DNA of 32,401 nt from Patescibacteria group bacterium. GTDB lineage: Bacteria > Patescibacteriota > Minisyncoccia > 2-02-FULL-40-12 > GWA2-44-9. The position numbers and the translations under genes were made by a program. Every line of letters starts with the position of its first letter. The stretch's first letter is position 1. This document shows positions 8,951 to 16,287 of this stretch, piece after piece. Under the pieces are notes generated by a model, which saw only the letters and a program-made list of their open reading frames with translations, was not told where the DNA came from and did not search any database. The stretch covers positions 1 to 32,401 of the forward strand of contig JBBTSY010000006.1 in assembly GCA_038064515.1 (NCBI GenBank), written 5' to 3'.

Positions 8951-9424
8951 ATGGAAGATACCATTGATCCAATAATCTACTACAGCTACAGTCCTTATTT
9001 CGCGGGACTGACAGAAGAATCAAAAGAATCTCGATCGAGGTTTTTTGAGCGTTATCAAAAACTGCCGGAAAGTATCCAAAACTTTCTGACTGATTTTAAA
9101 ACCGCCGATTATATGTGGTCCCTGGGCCAGAACAATAATTTCACCGATGATCAAATTGCCCTCATGGCCCGGAAGGTGCGCGAGATAGTGGTAGGGAAAA
9201 TACCTTTGGATAGTTTCGCTTCGGAGATTTCCCGAGAACTGCCCTGCGACCAAAACTACGCCGCAGAGCTCGTTCGTTTTATTACTAACGATTTATTCGC
9301 ACCGATCATGGACGATATAAAAAAAATCCAGCAAGAAATGATACCCCCACCGCCAACGCCGTTTATTTCTAGCCAAGAGACGAATAAAAATAATATAATA
9401 GACCTGCGCGAGTTATCAGAATAA
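8951..9424 (+). CDS. Conserved-looking helical hypothetical protein of the T4SS-like locus
   Basis: 157-aa ORF tightly packed between neighbours (3-nt gaps); amphipathic helical pattern, Pro-rich tail, ends NIIDLRE. Confidence 0.7.
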   Translation: MEDTIDPIIYYSYSPYFAGLTEESKESRSRFFERYQKLPESIQNFLTDFKTADYMWSLGQNNNFTDDQIALMARKVREIVVGKIPLDSFASEISRELPCDQNYAAELVRFITNDLFAPIMDDIKKIQQEMIPPPPTPFISSQETNKNNIIDLRELSE

Positions 9425-9427
9425 ATC

Positions 9428-9745
9428 ATGAAATTTCAATTACCACAATTTATTGAAACCGAGGTAAAATTAGTAGGGCCGTTCACCCTGAAGCAGTTCC
9501 TCTGGATCGCCGCGGGAGCGTCAATGCTTTTTGTGTTATTCATCGTAGTGCACGGCTTTTGGTTTTTCGTCCTGGCAATTCCTATCGTCGCCTCATCGCT
9601 TTCTCTGGCCTTTGTAAAAATGCAGGGAGTCCCGCTTATCAACTACGCGTCATATATGCTTTCGTATTTCTTAAACCCTAAAAAATATCTGTATCAAAAT
9701 CGGACATCGCAATCATTGCCCATAAATCTAAAAAATAATGGCTAG
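9428..9745 (+). CDS. PrgI-family (VirB3-like) membrane protein
   Basis: FQLPQFIETEVKLVGPFTLKQF N-terminal motif, two TM helices, P-K-Y tail; lies upstream of VirB4. Confidence 0.85.
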   Translation: MKFQLPQFIETEVKLVGPFTLKQFLWIAAGASMLFVLFIVVHGFWFFVLAIPIVASSLSLAFVKMQGVPLINYASYMLSYFLNPKKYLYQNRTSQSLPINLKNNG

Positions 9746-10367
9746 TCCAACTACCCACAATCTTATCGAGATCGCTGACATCAAAGATAGCGTCGTGCTT
9801 CTCCGCAATGGTTCGCTCCGCTTGGTTCTTGAGGTATCGGCGATTAACTTCGAGCTGCGCTCAGAAGACGAACAGTCCGCCATCATCCAGAGCTTCCAAA
9901 ATTTCCTCAATTCGATCGATTTTCCGATCCAAATTGTCATCGGCTCACAGCGATACGATATCGATGACTACTTAAAGACAGTGGCCGCGGCGACAGATGC
10001 GCTTACCAATGATCTTCTTAAAATCCAGGCGGCGGAATACATGAAATTTGTTCAAGACCTTTCATCGCTGGCAAATATCATGTCGAAACACTTTTATATC
10101 GTCATTCCGTTTTATATCGTCGAAACAGGAGGCGGGAAAGGGATATTAGACAGCATTAAAGGCATCTTCAAGAGTTCAGCATCTATTGCCGCGATTCCCG
10201 AAGAACAGTTTGCCGCCTATCAAAACCAGCTCGTTCAGCGGGCAGAGCTGGTATTCGATAGCCTCGTAGGTAGCGGGCTTCGCGCTCGAATTCTGGAGAA
10301 AGGTGAGTTGGAAAATCTTTTCTACCTGCTATACAACCCGGGAAGCAAGCCTAAAATTCAATCATGA
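9738..10367 (+). CDS. TraC/VirB4 N-terminal-domain-like protein
   Basis: VLEVSAINFELRSEDEQ..II..FQ.FLNS..FPIQI and K.FYIVIP motifs; no Walker A; sits between PrgI and VirB4. Confidence 0.7.
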   Translation: MASPTTHNLIEIADIKDSVVLLRNGSLRLVLEVSAINFELRSEDEQSAIIQSFQNFLNSIDFPIQIVIGSQRYDIDDYLKTVAAATDALTNDLLKIQAAEYMKFVQDLSSLANIMSKHFYIVIPFYIVETGGGKGILDSIKGIFKSSASIAAIPEEQFAAYQNQLVQRAELVFDSLVGSGLRARILEKGELENLFYLLYNPGSKPKIQS

Positions 10368-12118
10368 CCATGGATCCAAAAAATATATCTACCGTTGCCT
10401 CTTCCATCGCTCCTTCGGCCCTAAGCATCACCCCCAACTACGTTCAGATAGGGGAGAAGTATGCGCGCACTATTTTCCTGGCTACGTTCCCGCGCTTCTT
10501 GCACACCAATTGGTTCTCCCCGATCGTTAATTTTGATCGGGTATTTCAGACAGCGATTTATGTCGTTCCCAAAAACACCGCCGCTGTATTAAAACAGCTC
10601 CGCGATCAGCTCGCCCGACTGCAGGCCCAGGCAATGGAGGAGGCATCGTCCGGAAAAGTGCGGGATCCTCTCCTGGAAACAGCCATGGGCGATATCGAAA
10701 TTCTTCGCGACAAGTTACAGCAAGGAACGGATAAATTCTTTGAGCTTGGCGTTTACATAACCTTCTTTGAGGATAATGTTAAAGCTCTTAATGACACCGA
10801 GGGAAAATTCAAATCACTCCTTGAGTATCAGCTCGTATTCGCCCGCCCGGCAGTCTTTAGAATGCTCGAAGGCTTCACTTCAACTTTGCCCATTAATGAT
10901 GACCGTTTGAGCGTGTATACCTCTCTCAACACCGAACCGATCTCTTCTATTTTCCCCTTTATTTCATACGACCTCACGTCGAGCTCGGGCATTCTCTACG
11001 GCATCAACACCCACAATAATTCCCTTGTGCTCTTCGATCGTTTCAGTCTGGAGAACGCCAATATGGTGGTTTTTGGCACCTCTGGAGGAGGCAAGAGCTA
11101 CACCATCAAGCTCGAACTTCTCCGTAGCCTCATTATGGGAACACAGGTGTTTGTCCTTGATCCTGAAAACGAATATAAATTCCTCGCGGAGACGGTTGGC
11201 GGAACGACAATAAAAATCTCAATCAATTCCGACCAGCACATCAATCCGTTTGATCTGCCCGTCCCGAGACCGGGGGAGTCATCATCGGATATCTTCAATT
11301 CTCACATCCTTAATCTTTCCGGCTTGATGAAATTGCTCTTGGGAACCTTGACCCCCCAGGAGGACGCCCTTCTTGATGAAGCGCTTATTCAGACGTATGC
11401 CATTAAAGACATAACTCCCGATACTGACTTTTCTCAAGCGGCTCCGCCCATCTTGGGTGATCTTCAAAGCGTCATGGAGGGACTATCGGGCGCCGAAGCC
11501 ATGGCCACCCGGCTAAGAAAGTTTACCCAAGGCACCTTCGCCGGCTTTCTTAATCGGCCCACCAATGTGCCTCTAGACAACCAGCTCATCGTGTTTGGTA
11601 TTCGGGATATGGAAGAAGAGCTCCGACCGGTGGCCATGTATCTTGTCCTTAATTTCCTCTGGACCCAGATCCGCCGAGAGTTAAAGAAACGCCTCCTGGT
11701 TATTGATGAGGCGTGGTGGCTTATGAAATATCCCGTGGGCGCGGATTTCTTATTTAATATTGCTAAGCGCGGACGTAAATATTATGTCGGCCTCACCACT
11801 ATCACCCAAGATATTCCCGACTTTATGGGTATCCCCCAGGGAAAAGCGGTTGTTGCCAATTCTGCCATGCAAATTCTCATGAAACAATCACCCGCATCAA
11901 TTGAAGTGGTAAAAGAGACCTTCAATCTTACCGACAGCGAGAAGTATTATCTTCTGGAAGCGCGGGTCGGCTTTGGGCTATTTTTCCTTGGCGCCAATCA
12001 TGTCGGTATCCGCGTAACGCCGTCATACGCCGAGGATCAAATTGTTACCTCGGACCCCAGACAAATCCTCGAAATTGAAAAGGCAAAAGAAGAATTGGCT
12101 AACCTCAACGCACAATAG
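10364..12118 (+). CDS. virB4: VirB4/TraC-family type IV secretion ATPase
   Basis: GILYGIN, NANMVVFGTSGGGKS (Walker A), VLDPENEY, INPFD, LLVIDEAW (Walker B), KRGRKY..TTITQ. Confidence 0.9.
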   Translation: MTMDPKNISTVASSIAPSALSITPNYVQIGEKYARTIFLATFPRFLHTNWFSPIVNFDRVFQTAIYVVPKNTAAVLKQLRDQLARLQAQAMEEASSGKVRDPLLETAMGDIEILRDKLQQGTDKFFELGVYITFFEDNVKALNDTEGKFKSLLEYQLVFARPAVFRMLEGFTSTLPINDDRLSVYTSLNTEPISSIFPFISYDLTSSSGILYGINTHNNSLVLFDRFSLENANMVVFGTSGGGKSYTIKLELLRSLIMGTQVFVLDPENEYKFLAETVGGTTIKISINSDQHINPFDLPVPRPGESSSDIFNSHILNLSGLMKLLLGTLTPQEDALLDEALIQTYAIKDITPDTDFSQAAPPILGDLQSVMEGLSGAEAMATRLRKFTQGTFAGFLNRPTNVPLDNQLIVFGIRDMEEELRPVAMYLVLNFLWTQIRRELKKRLLVIDEAWWLMKYPVGADFLFNIAKRGRKYYVGLTTITQDIPDFMGIPQGKAVVANSAMQILMKQSPASIEVVKETFNLTDSEKYYLLEARVGFGLFFLGANHVGIRVTPSYAEDQIVTSDPRQILEIEKAKEELANLNAQ

Positions 12119-12123
12119 TATGT

Positions 12124-12846
12124 ATGGTATATACTCCCGACCAACTCGCTCACGAAGAACTGGTTAAAAATCAGCTTTCTCACGCTCAGTCCCAACAACA
12201 ACAGCAGACGGCAATCGCCGAGACCACGCAACAGATTAAAAAACCATCGTTCTTGGGGTACTTACTGCTCCTTTTTCTCGCAGCGATTCTCGACATCATA
12301 GACCTGATCGAGTTTACGGGTGTTGGCATTATTATTTCAAAAATAATCCAAGTGTTCGCTACGGTTTTCTTCGTTTCTATCGCTTTTTTCGTCAACAAAA
12401 AGATTAAGCGCATGCGTATGGCTAGCGATTTTCTGGACATGCGTGCCAAAAGGATCCTCCTGCGCGTTCAGCAACTAAGAACTCGATATGCCGCCGCTAT
12501 TAAACTCTCCCGCAAGGTTAAATTTCTTCGAAAACCTGTACGTAAATTCGCCCTAGCAACCCGCAAAATTTCTAAAGCCATCACCCGCAATCCGATCGGG
12601 AAAAGCCTTTTGGCCAATGTTTTGGAGTTTATTCCGTTAGTCGGCGTACTTCCTTTCCAAATGATCAGTGTCTATCTTATGTATCGCGACCATAAAAAAA
12701 CGTATGTCGAATCCTTAGCTACCGTGCCCGAATATCAAGAGGCTAAGGCCGCAGAAGAAGAGGAATTTAACAACGAACAAGTTGAGCTCTACGAAAGAAT
12801 CATGGCGGAATCTTTACCCGGCGAAGACAACTCTGAACCCGCCTAA
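12124..12846 (+). CDS. Membrane protein with TM hairpins, a very basic centre and an acidic tail
   Basis: Hydrophobic segments (FLGYLLLLFLAAILD; LEFIPLVGVLPF), K/R-rich middle, E-rich C-terminus. Confidence 0.7.
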   Translation: MVYTPDQLAHEELVKNQLSHAQSQQQQQTAIAETTQQIKKPSFLGYLLLLFLAAILDIIDLIEFTGVGIIISKIIQVFATVFFVSIAFFVNKKIKRMRMASDFLDMRAKRILLRVQQLRTRYAAAIKLSRKVKFLRKPVRKFALATRKISKAITRNPIGKSLLANVLEFIPLVGVLPFQMISVYLMYRDHKKTYVESLATVPEYQEAKAAEEEEFNNEQVELYERIMAESLPGEDNSEPA

Positions 12847-12882
12847 CTTTTATAAATCCCCACGCCAAGGTACAATAATCAC

Positions 12883-14013
12883 ATGCGTAGTGAAAAAATA
12901 ATCATCCTTTTGGTTGTTGTCTCCTTCTCCGTGTCGGGATTACTGGCCTGGTATCTTTTCGGCCGCAATGACGCCCCTCCGCGTCCCAACTTAACCCGAG
13001 CTAATATTACCAACGAAGCTAAAAGATCTCCGGCTTTGGCCGGACAGGCTACGCCCCCCGACGCCAATACGCGCATACCTTCTCCCGCGCCGATCAGTGG
13101 GGGAAAAGCAATCTCGATAACCGCCTCATCTCAAAAAGGAAGGGTTCTATACTATAATCCGGAAACTGGCATCGTCACTGAAACCGATTTTAATGGCAGT
13201 AACAGCGTCGTAATCTCACCAATAAAACTCCCGGGGTTTCTCCGAACTATCTGGTCGCCGAATAAAAGCGAAGTAATCTCCGAATTCGTATCGTCGCGGT
13301 TCAGATATTTTAATTACATCACGAAACAATCGGTTAATCTGGGGTCCGGGGTACGATCAATCGTTTTTAGTCCCGATGGATCTCAAATTGCGTATTTTCT
13401 TAAAAATTCTGAAGGTGGCGGTATCTATCTGGCCAGTCCGGACAATCAGGAATCAAAGAAAATCTTAAACACCCGCTTTTCAAAAGTCCAGCTTTTGTGG
13501 CCCGGAAAAGATTTATTGAGCCTCGTTGCGCATGACGAGCAAACCGACCGAGAGAGCCTTTTTACCCTCACTCTCGGGGGCAGGCTGACGAAAATCTTAG
13601 ATAACCTTTCTCATATCGAAACCGTGTGGTCTCGCGAGGGAGAGAATGTCATTATTTCTTTTTTTGACGAGCACGATGCCCTTCAGACGGTGCGTTATAC
13701 TGTGGCTACGGGGGAATCTCGGAAACTCGATACGGAATCACGCGCCTCGCAATGCATGTGGACCGCCGCCGCACAGGTCGTACTATGCGCCGTTTCACAA
13801 ACTCCCATGAGTTCCGCCGCACTCGAAAATAAATCAAAGATCGCCCAGGACATGTATGAGATAGATCCGAAATTAGGAACAAAAAAACTCCTCTTCTCAA
13901 GCGGGAGCGGGGGTTCAAAGATCCAGATTGCCGAGCTGTTGCTGTCGCCAGCCGAAGATTATTTGATTTTTACGAACGTATTTGACGAAAGACTCTACAG
14001 TTTTAAACGCTAG
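12883..14013 (+). CDS. Membrane-anchored TolB/WD40-like beta-propeller protein
   Basis: N-terminal TM, Pro-rich linker, repeated WSP / FSPDGSQIAY / WSREG / LSPAEDYL blade motifs. Confidence 0.75.
   Translation: MRSEKIIILLVVVSFSVSGLLAWYLFGRNDAPPRPNLTRANITNEAKRSPALAGQATPPDANTRIPSPAPISGGKAISITASSQKGRVLYYNPETGIVTETDFNGSNSVVISPIKLPGFLRTIWSPNKSEVISEFVSSRFRYFNYITKQSVNLGSGVRSIVFSPDGSQIAYFLKNSEGGGIYLASPDNQESKKILNTRFSKVQLLWPGKDLLSLVAHDEQTDRESLFTLTLGGRLTKILDNLSHIETVWSREGENVIISFFDEHDALQTVRYTVATGESRKLDTESRASQCMWTAAAQVVLCAVSQTPMSSAALENKSKIAQDMYEIDPKLGTKKLLFSSGSGGSKIQIAELLLSPAEDYLIFTNVFDERLYSFKR
13029..13044. repeat. Short GC-rich hairpin TCCGGC-TTTG-GCCGGA inside the propeller gene linker
   Basis: 6-bp perfect stem with a 4-nt loop; encodes SPALAG. 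Confidence 0.5.
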
Positions 14014-14483
14014 CTCAAACTAAATGGCTTAATAACGATGCGCCGCTGGGGCTCCTCGCCAATGCTCTCGGTGGTGACGTCGGGGCACGAAGCAAGCTCC
14101 ATATGCACAACGCGCCGTTCATATGCCGACATGGGCGCGAGCGCTTCTGCTTTCTGGTTATCGCGTACCCGATTTAATGCCTGTCTCGCCAGTTCAATGG
14201 CATATTGCGTTTTTGCTTTTTTATAGTCATTCACATCTACTGAAATTGCTCGGGGCTCCTGCTCCACTTTAGAATATACCAACCGAATGAGATGCTCTAG
14301 CGCTTTGAGATTTTGGCCATTTCTACCGATAAGAAAGCGGGCGTTCTCGGGCGCATAGAGAGAGATAAACAACCCCTTGGAACCTTCAGTGTTTTCTTCG
14401 ATAATCTCAACGCGGCAATCAAGCTTCATGAAGCCAGTGATTGTTTTAAGGATCTCGGAAATTTTTTCCCGGTTTTGGTTCAT
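14010..14483 (-). CDS. jag: Jag/KhpB/EloR RNA-binding protein (KH + R3H; no N-terminal Jag domain)
   Basis: LIGRNGQNLKALEHL (KH), VDVNDY, MSAYERRVVH (R3H), TESIGEEP-RR; follows yidC. Confidence 0.9.
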   Translation of the reverse strand: MNQNREKISEILKTITGFMKLDCRVEIIEENTEGSKGLFISLYAPENARFLIGRNGQNLKALEHLIRLVYSKVEQEPRAISVDVNDYKKAKTQYAIELARQALNRVRDNQKAEALAPMSAYERRVVHMELASCPDVTTESIGEEPQRRIVIKPFSLS

Positions 14484-14490
14484 ATGCAGG

Positions 14491-15186
14491 TTAGGTGGAA
14501 TATCGATACTTTATCACCATTTGCTCGGCAATAGAAAAGAGTGTTGAAGTAATCCAATAGAGCGCCAGTCCCGCCGGTAGCCTCCAGGTAATGAAAATGA
14601 TCATCACCGGAAAGAAGTACAACATCTGCTTACTAAGCGCTACCGCCGTGGCGTTAGCCTGGGGTTGCTGTAATGCCGTTGATATTCGAGCCTGCACGAA
14701 CTGTAATATTCCGGCCGTAACGGCTAGAAATGAATTTCTAATGGTTACGTCGAGAAAACCCATCGAAATTTTATTAATAACGGTCGGGTTTTCTATAAAG
14801 CTGTACAATATTTGAAGGCTTTCGGGCTTAAAACCCGCGAGAAACGCTTGGTATAGGCCAATTAAGATCGGCAGCTGTATCAGGAGGGGAAGGCATCCGG
14901 CCAAGGGATTTACTTTGTGCTCTTTATAGAGCTGAAGCATAGCCGTAGACTGGGCCGCTTGATCGTTTTTGTGTTTCTCTTTAATCTCCTGCATTTTTGG
15001 ATTCAGTGCGCTCAATGCCCGTTGGGCCCGTTGGGCCCGGATAGAAAGCGGTGAGAATATCAGACGAATAAGAATCGTCAACACGATGATAGCCGCGCCA
15101 AAATCATGACCTGGAATAGTGTTGTATAGAAAGATAAGGAGATTAAAGAGGGGACGCGACAGAAGTTCGTTGAATAATTCTTTCAT
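14491..15186 (-). CDS. yidC: Membrane protein insertase YidC (short form)
   Basis: AIIVLTILIR, LYKEHKVNPLAGCLPLLIQLPI, PAGLALYW. Confidence 0.95.
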   Translation of the reverse strand: MKELFNELLSRPLFNLLIFLYNTIPGHDFGAAIIVLTILIRLIFSPLSIRAQRAQRALSALNPKMQEIKEKHKNDQAAQSTAMLQLYKEHKVNPLAGCLPLLIQLPILIGLYQAFLAGFKPESLQILYSFIENPTVINKISMGFLDVTIRNSFLAVTAGILQFVQARISTALQQPQANATAVALSKQMLYFFPVMIIFITWRLPAGLALYWITSTLFSIAEQMVIKYRYST

Positions 15187-15194
15187 GATTGAAA

Positions 15195-15422
15195 TTAGGG
15201 CAGATCAATACCGCCGGTTGAAAAGGGATTACAGCGCGCAATGCGCATCAGTGCTTTTACTAAACCCTCCGCTACGCCATAGCGCTCCACGACCCGAATA
15301 GCATACTCGGAGCAGGAGGGGTGAAATCGACACTGGGGTGCTACGAGCAGTATTGGCATCTGCGCAATAGCCCATGAATGATCTTGGTACCAGTGAAGTC
15401 CTTTAAGAAGTGTTTTTTTCAT
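15195..15422 (-). CDS. yidD: Membrane protein insertion efficiency factor YidD
   Basis: CRFHPSCSEY, RIARCNPF, GGID-P; lies between rnpA and yidC. Confidence 0.93.
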   Translation of the reverse strand: MKKTLLKGLHWYQDHSWAIAQMPILLVAPQCRFHPSCSEYAIRVVERYGVAEGLVKALMRIARCNPFSTGGIDLP

Positions 15423-15425
15423 ATA

Positions 15426-15758
15426 CTAGGACAGTTCTCCTAAAAGCTTAATAAGTTGCCGTCGGGCCTCTTTAAGATCACCCGAACAATCTTTCCTAAT
15501 ACTACATACTACATCATAGCCTTGCGCCAATTCCGAATGATTCCTAAAAACCTCGTTTAGGTGCCGTTTTACCTTATTTCTCCCTACCGCACTTTTGATG
15601 ACGCGCGCTGAAAGAATAATCCCAAAACGGCGCTTTTGGAGATTATCATTTTTACATCCCTTAATAAAGAAAAAACTGCCGTGCACAGTTTTTCCTTTCT
15701 TAAGAATCCTGCCAAAATCTTTGTCGTTCGTTATCCGATTTTGAGAAGACAGCGCCAT
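15426..15758 (-). CDS. rnpA: Ribonuclease P protein component
   Basis: RI....DF..I...G, RFGIILS, SAVGRNKVKR (RNR motif variant); synteny with rpmH and yidD. Confidence 0.9.
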   Translation of the reverse strand: MALSSQNRITNDKDFGRILKKGKTVHGSFFFIKGCKNDNLQKRRFGIILSARVIKSAVGRNKVKRHLNEVFRNHSELAQGYDVVCSIRKDCSGDLKEARRQLIKLLGELS

Positions 15759-15764
15759 TAAGAA

Positions 15765-15908
15765 CTAAACCGTTAATTTTTTGCGTTGTTTGCGCCGGCG
15801 ACGGGCAAGAACCGTGCGCCCCGTCTTCGACTTGCTTCGCGCCAAAAATCCATGCTTACGTTTTCGCTTCTTTACTTTTGGTTGATAACGCAGTGCTTTT
15901 GACGACAT
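15765..15908 (-). CDS. rpmH: 50S ribosomal protein L34 (47 aa; missing from the ORF track)
   Basis: Manual translation: [47 protein letters not shown]; divergent from dnaA. Confidence 0.96.
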   Translation of the reverse strand: MSSKALRYQPKVKKRKRKHGFLARSKSKTGRTVLARRRRKQRKKLTV

Positions 15909-15931
15909 AAAGGTGAATTATATTTACGGTT

Positions 15932-15960
15932 AGTATAGGTTTTTTGATTCCGTTTTGCAA
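15932..15960 (-). promoter_or_regulatory. Sigma70-type promoter for the rpmH operon
   Basis: Minus strand TTGCAA-17 nt-TATACT. Confidence 0.55.
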
Positions 15961-16061
15961 GAGCAAAATGGAATCAGGCAGATTCGCTGCCGATAGGCTT
16001 GAGTGAATCTGAGTTTCCTTAATATCTAGAATATTTTGCAAGAGCAAAATGGAATCAGGCA
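15945..16061. repeat. 28-bp direct repeat (15953-15980 and 16034-16061); the first copy is part of a 14-bp hairpin (15945-15976)
   Basis: TTTTGCAAGAGCAAAATGGAATCAGGCA occurs twice; TGATTCCGTTTTGC-AAGA-GCAAAATGGAATCA forms a stem-loop with one G-T pair. Confidence 0.9.
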
Positions 16062-16145
16062 AATTTGTGGCCCGGCGGGCTTAAGTAAATTTGAGCTACC
16101 TTTTTCTCTACAACAAAATTTAGGCGGGTCAATATTTACGAAAGG

Positions 16146-16237
16146 TTTTCCACCTGTTATACACAGTGTGTCCACCAATTCATCCTCTTGCGGCACTTTG
16201 GACCATTGGTTTTATTCTGTATACTGGTGGTGGATTA
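16146..16237. promoter_or_regulatory. DnaA-box cluster upstream of dnaA
   Basis: TTATACACA at 16157-16165 matches TTATNCACA; degenerate boxes TTTTCCACC (16146) and GGTGGATTA (16229). Confidence 0.6.
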
Positions 16238-16287
16238 GAAATTAACTACACGTTTCCTAGCGCGAAAGCGCTAAGAAACAAACTTGT

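Noticed and set aside
4196-14013. Integrative conjugative element or plasmid
   Set aside because: No integrase, relaxase, coupling protein, att repeats or cargo; genes overlap directly with housekeeping neighbours.
15017-15039. Short tandem repeat GCCCGTTGG in yidC
   Set aside because: About 2.5 copies encoding RAQRAQRA; ordinary coding coincidence.
15953-16061. Possible mini CRISPR array (28-bp palindromic repeat with a 53-bp spacer)
   Set aside because: Only two copies, no cas genes, no typical repeat terminus, and it sits in a core promoter region.
15856-16245. ORF-track ORFs 15856-16062 (-) and 16036-16245 (+), the first with a repeated PDSILLLQN peptide
   Set aside because: They are translations of the 28-bp DNA repeat and promoter/DnaA-box region. 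The first overlaps rpmH in another frame, and neither has protein-like features.
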